From positions 95,596 through 159,595 of the forward strand of contig OZ250156.1 of NCBI GenBank assembly GCA_965237745.1: a stretch of DNA of 64,000 bases. Reading direction: 5' to 3'. The notes below the pieces were generated by a model, which worked only from the letters and a program-made list of their open reading frames with translations, searched no databases and was not told the DNA's origin. This stretch comes from Dehalococcoidia bacterium (GTDB lineage: Bacteria; Chloroflexota; Dehalococcoidia; Lucifugimonadales; UBA3495). Below, in pieces: positions 52,190 to 60,991 of the stretch. Position 1 is the first letter of the stretch. Each line of letters starts with the position of its first letter. Made by a program: the position numbers and the translations under genes.

Positions 52190-52983
52190 TAGATGGCCTC
52201 GCTGGCCGCTTTTTCTCTGGCGCTCCTTCGCCTCTGGGCTTCCAGCTTGAAGTAGGACATCCCAAATTGGGTCAGCACTGACTGGCACAGGTCCATCTGC
52301 GACTTGAGTTTCCTAAGCGTGGGGATGCGCCACGGCTTCATGAGTATTTCGGTAAAGATCGCGTTGCGGTTCCGGGTCAGCCCGGGCAGGTAGCCAGGCA
52401 GCGTCTGCTCCGCAGTGTCCAAGATCGCCCGCACCGACAGGAAGGGCACACCGGCTTTCCTGGCTGCGGCGGCCATGGCATGGTCCTCCATGTTGACGCT
52501 CCCCACACCGTAACTCTCGCGCAACTGCTGCCTTTCCCATCCCTCCGCAATGAGATGGTTCACCGTCAGAGAGTCGCCCCGGCTGACCGGCATCCGCAAA
52601 CCGGTGGCGGCCGCCTCGGCCACTTTCAGCATCTCAGGATCGGGGATGATCGAATCGGGATCTCCCGCGGAGTCCAGGGCGTAGCTCCCGGCCAGAACGA
52701 TTTCGCCGGTCTCCATGCCTGGCTCCACCGCGCCGGCGACGCCCAGCATCAGCACGCCGTCGGGGCGGCGCCTGGCCTTTGACAAGACCTTCGTCAGCGC
52801 GTCGCTGGACCTCTTGGGGCCGACGCCCACCAAGTGCAGCTCCACCGGAAATCCCACGGCGCGCGAAGAACCCAGGGGCTCCAACTCCTGCTGGAGTCCC
52901 GCCAGTTCTGTTTCCATGCTGGCTACGACGTAAAGCAATGTTACCTTGCCCTTACCCGCTCTCCCCCGGAGGCAGTACGCCAT
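52186..52983 (-). CDS. hpnG: hopanoid-associated phosphorylase/nucleosidase HpnG-like
   Basis: PNP_UDP_1-like pattern (MLGVAGAV, VNMEDHAMA). Its ATG abuts the hpnH stop (TAGATG). Confidence 0.65.
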   Translation of the reverse strand: MAYCLRGRAGKGKVTLLYVVASMETELAGLQQELEPLGSSRAVGFPVELHLVGVGPKRSSDALTKVLSKARRRPDGVLMLGVAGAVEPGMETGEIVLAGSYALDSAGDPDSIIPDPEMLKVAEAAATGLRMPVSRGDSLTVNHLIAEGWERQQLRESYGVGSVNMEDHAMAAAARKAGVPFLSVRAILDTAEQTLPGYLPGLTRNRNAIFTEILMKPWRIPTLRKLKSQMDLCQSVLTQFGMSYFKLEAQRRRSAREKAASEAIY

Positions 52984-54036
52984 CTAGGCGGCGGTGATTC
53001 CGCCCTTGTGGGCCGCCCCCGATTTGATCAGTGTGGCCCAGTCCCGCGGAGACTGCACCGCGTTGAAGATGGTGGCCGATTCGAAGCCGCAGTGCATCAT
53101 GCAGTTGGCGCAGCGAGGATCCTTGCCCACGCCGTAGTTATCCCACAGGTCCTTGTCGAACAGCTCCGCGACGTGCTCCACATGCTCATCGGCCAACGGA
53201 TAGCACGGCTTCCGCCAGCCCATCACCGTATAGGTCGGATTGGACCAGGCCGTGCACTGGTACTCTCGATTTCCCTTCAGGAAGTTCAGGTAGAGCGGAT
53301 TATTGTAGAACTTGGCCCCCTCCGAGTTTTCCGGATCGAGCAGTTGCCGGAAGAGGGCGTGCGACTCCTGCCGCGTCAGGAAGATTTCTTGGTCCGGCGC
53401 GTCGGTGAAGTCGTACCCCGGCGAGATCATCGAGCCCTCGACGCCGATGCCGCTGACCAGCCGGAACATCTCCGAAAGGTCCTCCACATCGCTGCCCCGG
53501 AAGACGGTGGTGTTGGTGCAGACCCGGTACCCTCGATCGAGAGCCTGCTCGATGGCCGACACCGCTTTCTTGAAGACGCCCGCGCGGGCCACCGACTCGT
53601 CGTGCTTTTCCTCCATACCGTCGAGGTGCACCACCCAGCACAGGTACTTGGAGGGTGGCACCTTGTCCATCACCCGCTCCAGCAAGAGGCCGTTGGTGCA
53701 GCAGTAGACGAAATACTTTTCTTCCACCAGCCGGTTGATGATCTCGTGAATGCGGGGATGGATCGTCGGCTCGCCCCCGGCGACAGACACGATGGGCGCC
53801 CCCGACTCCTTGACCGCGTTGATGGCCTCGTCCACAGGCATCATCTTGTCCAGTACCGGCTTGTACTCGCGGATGCGCCCGCAGCCGATGCAGGCCAGGT
53901 TGCACATCTCCAAGGGCTCCAGCATGGTTACCAAGGGGAACTTGCGCCTTCCCTTCGCCTTGTTCTTCAGAATGTAGGCGGCAAGGCGGACGGATAGCTC
54001 CACGGGCCGCTTGGCGCGCTTTGCGGTGATTGTCAT
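52984..54036 (-). CDS. hpnH: adenosyl-hopene transferase HpnH (radical SAM)
   Basis: MLEPLEMCNLACIGCGRIREY radical SAM motif and a conserved C-terminal Cys-rich region (CANCMMHCGFE). The ATG at 54036 was chosen. Confidence 0.8.
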   Translation of the reverse strand: MTITAKRAKRPVELSVRLAAYILKNKAKGRRKFPLVTMLEPLEMCNLACIGCGRIREYKPVLDKMMPVDEAINAVKESGAPIVSVAGGEPTIHPRIHEIINRLVEEKYFVYCCTNGLLLERVMDKVPPSKYLCWVVHLDGMEEKHDESVARAGVFKKAVSAIEQALDRGYRVCTNTTVFRGSDVEDLSEMFRLVSGIGVEGSMISPGYDFTDAPDQEIFLTRQESHALFRQLLDPENSEGAKFYNNPLYLNFLKGNREYQCTAWSNPTYTVMGWRKPCYPLADEHVEHVAELFDKDLWDNYGVGKDPRCANCMMHCGFESATIFNAVQSPRDWATLIKSGAAHKGGITAA

Positions 54037-54133
54037 CGGCTGTCCTTTGCGTAAGCCAAATTTGGAGTTCGGAAATATGCCCCGGGCATACATTCCGAGC
54101 TTCTTGGTTCCATACTTTCCAACCTTTCAGTAT

Positions 54134-55216
54134 TCAGTATTCCCTTCTGGCGAGGAAATCCACCAGTTCCTCGGCCTCCGCCCGGGCCCAGTCCGGCAGG
54201 GTTACGGGCGCCAGGGCGTCCAGCGCCCGATTGGCGGCCGCCTCCGTGATGGCTTGGGACTGCCCGCGGGCGCCCACCTCGTCCAGGATCGCCAGAACTC
54301 GTTGAACGTCGTCCTCTCCCAGCTCCGTCTGGCCGTAGATGCGCTTCAATTCCTCCAACGCCGCTCCGGAGGCTCGTTCCAAGGCGAACACCACCGGGTA
54401 GGACTTTTTGCGTCGGCGTATGTCGTTGCCTGTCGCCTTGCCAAGGGTCGCCTCGTCGCCCCAGATTCCCAGGTAGTCGTCCCGAATCTGGAAGGCGCGG
54501 CCCAAACCGTCGCCGAAGCTGGCGAACGCTCGCACGGCGGATTCGTCGCCGTCGGCCAGCAGGGCGCCCGTCTCCAGCCCACAGCGGATGAGGGCGCCGG
54601 TCTTGCAGGCTATCATGTGCAGGTATTCGCCGGTGGTTATGTCGGTACGGCCCTCGAACTCCAGGTCGAGGCACTGGCCCTCGATCATCGCCAAGTAGCT
54701 GTCGCTTAGGATCTCGGAGACCCGCAGCACAGCTTCCGGCGAAACGCCCTGCTGCTCCGTCCGCACCGTCGCCAGGTCGCCGGTGGAGTGCATCGCATTG
54801 CCCGCAACCAGGGCGCGGGGCACGCCCCAGACGCTCCAAGCCGTCGGCTGGTGCCGTCGCTCCAGGTCCTGATCCTGGATGTCGTCGTGCAGAAGCGAGA
54901 AATTGTGGATCAGCTCCAGCGCCGCCGCAGCCGGCAGGGCGCGGTCAAATGCGGAGGCCAGCGCTTCGCAGGCAAACAGGCAGAGGGTGGGGCGCAATGC
55001 CTTACCTTGGGAGGAGCCGGTGGCAGCCGGCGTACCCTGCTGGTCCAGCCAACCCAAGTGGTAGCCCAACAGCAGATGAACGTCCGCCCCACTGGTTCCG
55101 GGAACGGCGTGCTCAAGCTCACCCTCGATCCGGCTCTTGTACCGGGTGAACATACCCGGGAGCTTCGGACCGGAGGGCGCAACTGCTGGAGAACCGGAAG
55201 TCGAATCCGATGCCAT
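54134..55216 (-). CDS. polyprenyl diphosphate synthase (FPP/GGPP synthase family)
   Basis: First Asp-rich motif LLHDDIQDQD and second FQIRDDYLG. Confidence 0.85.
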   Translation of the reverse strand: MASDSTSGSPAVAPSGPKLPGMFTRYKSRIEGELEHAVPGTSGADVHLLLGYHLGWLDQQGTPAATGSSQGKALRPTLCLFACEALASAFDRALPAAAALELIHNFSLLHDDIQDQDLERRHQPTAWSVWGVPRALVAGNAMHSTGDLATVRTEQQGVSPEAVLRVSEILSDSYLAMIEGQCLDLEFEGRTDITTGEYLHMIACKTGALIRCGLETGALLADGDESAVRAFASFGDGLGRAFQIRDDYLGIWGDEATLGKATGNDIRRRKKSYPVVFALERASGAALEELKRIYGQTELGEDDVQRVLAILDEVGARGQSQAITEAAANRALDALAPVTLPDWARAEAEELVDFLARREY

Positions 55217-55370
55217 CGCCAGAGTTTCTACACCGCCTTTCGCACAAAAATCATCAAACTACGGCGGTCAACATCGGCAGCCGATGTATGGCAAAAGATA
55301 TTAGCGATGCCCCATATCAGTGTCAAGTCAAAATCCCGGCGGTATCAGGGCGAATCCAGAGCTCCCGAGG

Positions 55371-55443
55371 ATTCGTCGCTGGTCGGACAGGCTCACCACC
55401 AACGGTTTCTCAGGAGCCGTCCTTCGACAAGCTCAGGGCCAGC
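55371..55443. repeat. dispersed palindromic repeat, copy 3 (inverted orientation)
   Basis: TCGGACAGGCTCACCACCAACGG ... CCGTCCTTCGACAAGCTCAGGG. Confidence 0.65.
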
Positions 55444-55599
55444 GGCGTCGGCGCTGGAACAACTTTGCAATCGTCGCAATCGTCGGCAGTGGGTATGAGG
55501 CGGTACTATCGCCAAGCGTCCGGGAGGAGCTGGATTCCTGATCCTCCCATCTCTTGTACCTGACTTGGGCGACGGCGCGACAGCCGGGTCCGGTGGCTG

Positions 55600-57861
55600 T
55601 CAACCAGCCTCCGGCTGGGCAGGAACCAAGTAGGCCACGTAGAGCGTCCGGCCGCCCTCCACGCCCTCGCCAACTTTCACCGCGCCCGCGTATTGGGCCT
55701 CCAGCGCTTGTGCGAGGGGCAGATACTTGTCCAGCAGCACGAAAATCGTATCCTCCGAAATTTCGTCCGCTGGCGGCAAGACGCCGTCTCCCCCGTATTC
55801 TTCGGCCCCGTCGCCCCCTCTGGCGCCCGGCAGGACGAACCGCCGTATGCCGCTGTCGAAGGGCTGCCGGACGGTGTAGTACCGCACCGGATGTTCCGCC
55901 ACCAGTCCGCTGATAGACAACAGCGATTCGTGGTATTCGTAGTTGAAATACCACTTCACCGATTCGCTGTTGCCCCACCTCTCAATCTCCTGCAGGTTGG
56001 GTGCGGAGAACAGCGCGACGTAGGCCACGGTGATGATTAAAACTGTCGCGGTCGCCAGCCGCCATGCCCCTGTCGCCGGGAAACTCCGCTCCCTGAGATA
56101 TTGCCGCAGGCGGTGGAACACCGGCTTCAGGACTGTATCAACACCGGCGGCAACGATTACCAGCACAAAGAATATGCCCAGCAGATACCGCCTGCTTTCG
56201 ACCCCGGGGATGATCAGGATTGGCGCCATGCCAATAAGCCAGGCCGCCAGTAGAAGCCGGTAACGGGGCTGTTTCATAAACAACAAGGAGGCAAACAGTC
56301 CTGCCCAAAAGAACGGCCCGGCAACCAATGGCAGAACGGGGATGGACGGCGGGGCATCGGTGCTGTTGCCGTCAATCGGCAGATGCGCCAGCAGCGCCGC
56401 GTCCAAGGCCAGACCCGGAATCTTCAGCCAGGTTGAAGGCGAACTCAAGGAAACTTGATAGAGGTCGTTCAGATTCGGACCAATGTAGCCCGAGGTGGCA
56501 TAGAACCACAGGATCGGCGCGCCCACCATCGCCGACAGCCCCAGGGTCAGCCATATCTGCCGATTCCACCTCAACTCGCGGTTGATCAACATCGACAGCA
56601 GAGCCACACCCCAGATACCCGTGTAGTAAAGGAGGAAAGTCTTGAAGCTATAGAGTCCCAGCCCAAGAGTGATGCCTGCCACCACTGCCACCCAGCGGCG
56701 TTTCGACTGCACAGCCGCGACGATCAGCCACATGGCCAGCAGCGCCATGAACACCGAAGTGATTCCGCCGAAGGCTATCCGGCTCTGAATCACGAACCAG
56801 ATTGAGACCGTCAGCATGACTGCCGAAAGAATCGCCACCCGGAAGGGAAACAGGCTCCGAACCAGCAGGTAGCCCACGGGTATGATGGCGATACCGGGAA
56901 TCGTGGAGGCCAGCCGCATGGTTGTAACGTCTGCTCCGCCCAACCGGAAAATTAGCGCCATCCAGTGCACATAGCCCGCAGGATTGCCCAGGGTCACGCC
57001 GGTCCAGATGCCGACGCTTTCCCCCCGCAGCGACCGCAGTGCCTCCATGGCCATCTCGGTCTCGTCGCCGTGAATGCCGACGGGCGCTTCAGGCAAGTTC
57101 CAGGCTCTCAGGAACAGGGCAAGCAGTGTCAGCCCGAACACCGCTGCCACCTCAACGTATCGCGGGATCACCAGTTCCTTCCCCGGGACCAGCGCCTCCT
57201 GCACTCGCACCCTTGCCGCTACAACCCTGCGGCGAGCGCCATGAAGCCGCTTTCCCAAGCCGGCGGGCGGCAGACGCCAGCCGGCACCCGCCGTCTGCAT
57301 CCTCCGCCCGGCCGGGAACCGGGCGATGGGCCGCGTCCCTGCCGAACCGGGGAGACGCACAGGCGGGTTCGCCCTTCGCGGGAGTGCGTGCCGGACCAGC
57401 AGCGCCCGCGTCAGCAATTCAGCAGCGGCCTGCAACGGCTCACCAAGCACGCTGTTTTCCATCGCGGGCCTTGCGACAACAGGCGGCGGCTCAATCGGCT
57501 CACCAATTGGTTCAACGGGAAGGGCCGCAGAGGAGCGAGACACCGCTTCCCCGTCGCCTTCCAGTGGATCCCGGACGGGCGAGGGGGCAACCACGGAGGA
57601 GGGCGCGGTACCCCGAGGCCGATAGCCGGATTGCCCCTGATTTATGAGCAATGCGCGAGCCAACCGGTAGAAGCCGGAACGGAAGGAACCCGGCGGAGGC
57701 AGGCGCGACTCATCCGGCGGGCGACGCGGGACAGACGGGGACTCCGCAGGCGGGCTATGCCCCTGGGGTTCCTGCCGGTCGGCCAGCGGCCCTCCGCACT
57801 GGTGGCAAAAGGCGTGGTCTGGCGGGTTTGGGTTGGAACACGAAGGGCAGATTTTGCTCAA
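55600..57861 (-). CDS. GT39/ArnT-like membrane glycosyltransferase with N-terminal zinc ribbon and Pro/Arg-rich linker
   Basis: MSKICPSCSNPNPPDHAFCHQCGGPL, then about 230 low-complexity residues, then about 11 hydrophobic helices typical of PMT_2-type transferases. Confidence 0.6.
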   Translation of the reverse strand: MSKICPSCSNPNPPDHAFCHQCGGPLADRQEPQGHSPPAESPSVPRRPPDESRLPPPGSFRSGFYRLARALLINQGQSGYRPRGTAPSSVVAPSPVRDPLEGDGEAVSRSSAALPVEPIGEPIEPPPVVARPAMENSVLGEPLQAAAELLTRALLVRHALPRRANPPVRLPGSAGTRPIARFPAGRRMQTAGAGWRLPPAGLGKRLHGARRRVVAARVRVQEALVPGKELVIPRYVEVAAVFGLTLLALFLRAWNLPEAPVGIHGDETEMAMEALRSLRGESVGIWTGVTLGNPAGYVHWMALIFRLGGADVTTMRLASTIPGIAIIPVGYLLVRSLFPFRVAILSAVMLTVSIWFVIQSRIAFGGITSVFMALLAMWLIVAAVQSKRRWVAVVAGITLGLGLYSFKTFLLYYTGIWGVALLSMLINRELRWNRQIWLTLGLSAMVGAPILWFYATSGYIGPNLNDLYQVSLSSPSTWLKIPGLALDAALLAHLPIDGNSTDAPPSIPVLPLVAGPFFWAGLFASLLFMKQPRYRLLLAAWLIGMAPILIIPGVESRRYLLGIFFVLVIVAAGVDTVLKPVFHRLRQYLRERSFPATGAWRLATATVLIITVAYVALFSAPNLQEIERWGNSESVKWYFNYEYHESLLSISGLVAEHPVRYYTVRQPFDSGIRRFVLPGARGGDGAEEYGGDGVLPPADEISEDTIFVLLDKYLPLAQALEAQYAGAVKVGEGVEGGRTLYVAYLVPAQPEAG

Positions 57862-58418
57862 ATTGGGATGACTCTCAAATGGAGTTGGCCCGTCTGGCTA
57901 TTTTCAGAAATTCCGCATTGGCAATTGGCGCCCCGACAGAACGCCCGCGGAGTCGCGTCAGCGCCTGCGCCGTCAGTCCCGAGCCTGCCGAAGGATAGTC
58001 CCGGACCTGTCAAGGTACGTGCGCCGGAATCCGTTCGTTGATGGGTTCGTGGCGTTCGTGGATCGGGGGGCTGACCCGAACGGACTCCCAAGAACTTTGC
58101 AATGGTCCTGCCTGCGCCCAGGGCCCCAGGGTCTTCCGGTTGTTACCCACAGCGCAGCGAAGAACATCTACTTCCGGGGGACACCCTTCGCCCCACTCAG
58201 GCCGCAATTTCCTGACACTTTCCCCTTGCCGGGCCCCATGACACCCTCCTACCAAATCTTCAGTAAGGCCCAGAGCATTCCGCCCAACCCGGCCAAGTTA
58301 TCCGCCAGTTGGCCGAAAATGTCCGGAGAATCAAAATTTTAGCCACCCGGCTTTGCACAATAAATGTTTTTTTAATCTGATTTGTTGTGCAGGATCTTTT
58401 GTAATTCAGCCTCCGGGT

Positions 58419-59024
58419 TCAGGCGGGGATATCAATGACTCGGGTGTTTCTTCCTTCCGCCTCTTGGACCAGTGCCGGGCGAGGGTCGAGGGTGGCGATC
58501 ACTGGGGTGACGCCTTCGCCGGTGGCGGTTTGGAGGATTTCGGAGCGCCGCACGGCGCGGGAAATGTCGTCTCGGTTGGGTCCCAGGGAGATTTCCACGA
58601 CCGCGTGGCGGCGGTTCTGTCCGTAGACGATGAGGTCGGCCTGTAAGAGGTCCCTGAACTCCTCCCGGGAGATGAGACCGGACTGGACTGCTGCTTGGAG
58701 TGCTTGATTGAAGTTGGGATGGGCTGTGTCAAACTTGGAGAAGGCTGCTCTCGGGCCCTCGATTCCCAGTTCTACGCTGGCGAGTTGGACGGCGGTGCGG
58801 GCCGCGTTTTCTTCGTACTGGTTGCCTTCGATGTTGCCCAACCGGCCTTCCACACGGTTCATCCGTGTCTTCAGCTCATCCATGTCCGTCCTGAGCAGGA
58901 GAAACTGGGTGGGGAGTTGCAGGAGCTCCTCAGTGAGGATGTGCGTTCTGAGTTGGTTCCTCAGATCAGGGTTTTGCTCCAAGGCACTCAGTATGTCCTG
59001 TAAGGAGTTGACCGGCATTGTCAT
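58419..59024 (-). CDS. hypothetical protein: coiled-coil N-terminus plus possible PD-(D/E)xK-like C-terminal domain
   Basis: 201-aa ORF. LLRTDMDELKTRMNRVEGRLGNIEG, then ADLIVYGQNRRHAVVEISL...DISRAVRRSEIL. Family name not recalled with certainty. Confidence 0.45.
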   Translation of the reverse strand: MTMPVNSLQDILSALEQNPDLRNQLRTHILTEELLQLPTQFLLLRTDMDELKTRMNRVEGRLGNIEGNQYEENAARTAVQLASVELGIEGPRAAFSKFDTAHPNFNQALQAAVQSGLISREEFRDLLQADLIVYGQNRRHAVVEISLGPNRDDISRAVRRSEILQTATGEGVTPVIATLDPRPALVQEAEGRNTRVIDIPA

Positions 59025-59478
59025 GACGGGTTCTCTCTCTGTTGGTGCATTGATCTTATCACGCTCAGTCAGGCCGACGGGCTGGGTCTTCTCCTGTGAG
59101 GCGCAGGGATTTTCCGTTCAGGTTTCGGTCGGAATTGCTCGACACATGATCTCTCGTGCAAAGCCAAGCCACCCAGGCAGCACCAGGATGTGAGTCCATG
59201 ACCCTGAGCCAGATCCGAAATCGCGTCAACACCCTGCTCCGCACTGCCGCGCGCCTGCGAAGGACGCTGCCCGGAAGATGGGGATGGCCGGGGCGACGTC
59301 TCAGCATTCTCTCTCGCGAAAACATGCTTTGAACTCAACTCGGGAGGTCGGTCAATCAACCGGAACGCAACGCGATTGGGGTACATCCATTGCCGTTCTT
59401 GGCCTGCTGATTCCGTTCGTGGCGAGCTTTCCGCAGGGCCAACGGGATGGACGACAACTGGAAGACCCTGCCAAGGGC

Positions 59479-60702
59479 CAGGACGATTGCAAAGTCGGGC
59501 AAGATGGATTACAAAGAGAGGGAGACGAGAGAGGGGAGTGTGTGGATATGGGTGCTGCGGAATCTCTATTCCAGTGCTTGGAGCAGGTGCCGGACCCCCG
59601 GAGGGCCAGGGGAGTGCGCCATCCCTTTCAAGCCATACTGCGTTTGACTCTGCTGGGCTTGGTCTGCGGTCAGACCACTATGGCCCACATCGCGTTGTTC
59701 GCCAGGATGCACTGGCCTGCGCTGAGGGAGCCGCTGGGCTTTCTCAGGGACCATCCTCCCCACGCTACCACCATCTCCCGCACCCTGGCTGGGGTGCCCT
59801 GTGAGCAGTTGCAGGGTGCCCTGACCGGCTGGGTGGCCCGCGTGGTGGCGGACCAGGAGTTGGACGCCTCGGTGGACGGCAAGTGGGCCAAGCAGTCGGA
59901 GGACGCCCAAGGCAATCCCCTGGTGATGGTGAACGTGCTGGCCCATGACCTGAAGCTGTGCCTGGCCCAATGGCCGGCGTCGGAGAAGCGTTACGAGCCC
60001 GGGGTGTTGCGGGAGCAACTGGGCCGCCTGTTCGAGGATTATCCCGGCCTGCGGCTTTTGACCATGGACGCCCTGTATGCGGAGCGGGACCTGTGCCAGG
60101 CGATAGTCGGCCACGGACGGGACTATCTGGTACGGGTCAAGGGAAACCAGCCCACGGTGCTGGCGGCGCTGACCGACGGGTTTGCCCCAGAGGAACTGGG
60201 GGAGCCGCAGGCGGAGACCCTGGAAAAAAAGCGGGTGTGATCGAGAGGCGGCGGATCTGGACCGATGAGCTGCTGGCCGGCTACGTCCGGGATGAACTGG
60301 GGTTTCCCGGGGCGAGGCAGGGGGCGATGGTGGAGAAGGAGAGGGTGGATATAGCCACTGGGGAGGTGGGCCGGGAGCGCTGGTATCTGCTGACCAGCCT
60401 GAGTTCCCGGCGGTGCGGACCAAAGGAACTGCTTAGAGTGTTCCGCCAGCACTGGAGTGTTGAGAACAGCCTGCACCACGTGAAAGACCGCAGTTGGGAT
60501 GAGGACGTCCACACGCTGCGCCGTCCGGGGTTGGGCGAGGTATTCGCCACCCTGGTGAACACCGGGCTGAACGCCCTGCGCCTGGAGGGAGGATTTCCAT
60601 CAGGGATGTCCATGCCCCTGCGAGCCAAAAGCTGCGCCTTCCGCCCCATCCAGACCATCGCCCGCCTCTATGGCCGTGTTACCTGACTTTGCAATCGTCC
60701 TG
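59479..60702 (+). mobile_element. ISAs1-family-like insertion sequence (1224 bp)
   Basis: 18-bp perfect terminal inverted repeats CAGGACGATTGCAAAGTC (59479-59496) and GACTTTGCAATCGTCCTG (60685-60702). 10-bp target duplication TGCCAAGGGC at 59469-59478 and 60703-60712. Confidence 0.85.
59548..60686 (+). CDS. DDE transposase in two frames joined by a -1 shift at A_AAA_AAG
   Basis: Frame 1 (MGAAESLFQCLEQVPDPRRARGVRHPF...) ends at TGA 60238-60240. The -1 frame continues from 60231 as AGVIERRRIW...HWSVENSLHHVKD. The A7 run is at 60224-60230. Confidence 0.7.
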
Positions 60703-60803
60703 TGCCAAGGGCCGCGGGTCCATGATTTACCGCCGCGCATATAGTACAATAACGACTCGGTAATACCGGCGAAATGACAATGCCTCAACTGCCGCAAAGG
60801 TGG

Positions 60804-60832
60804 TTGACACGTTTCCCTGATTGCCATATATT
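60804..60832 (+). promoter_or_regulatory. sigma70-like promoter of cassette B
   Basis: TTGACA (60804-60809), 17 nt, TATATT (60827-60832). This leaves a leader of about 150 nt ending in AAGGAGGAGGA before the ATG. Confidence 0.55.
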
Positions 60833-60991
60833 TCTATCTTGTAATGAATGTTACATAAGGGCGACATCCCAAGCTGGCAAGCCGTGCCGGAATGGGGTGT
60901 CTCCCTTGCTGTAACAGCACGAAAGTGCCCATACTTGATAGCCTGGTATCCGAGCACAAGAAAATAAGCAAAAGTAATAAAGGAGGAGGAT

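Noticed and set aside
57960-58100. Possible SRP RNA or tmRNA in the 550-nt gap after the GT39 gene (CAGGTCCGGGA on the minus strand; GGGGGGCTGACCCGAACGG on the plus strand)
   Set aside because: The minus-strand motif does not continue as the conserved GGAA-GGAAGCAGC helix 8 of SRP RNA. The plus-strand motif lacks the tmRNA UUCGACGGG region, a tag reading frame and a tRNA-like 3' end.
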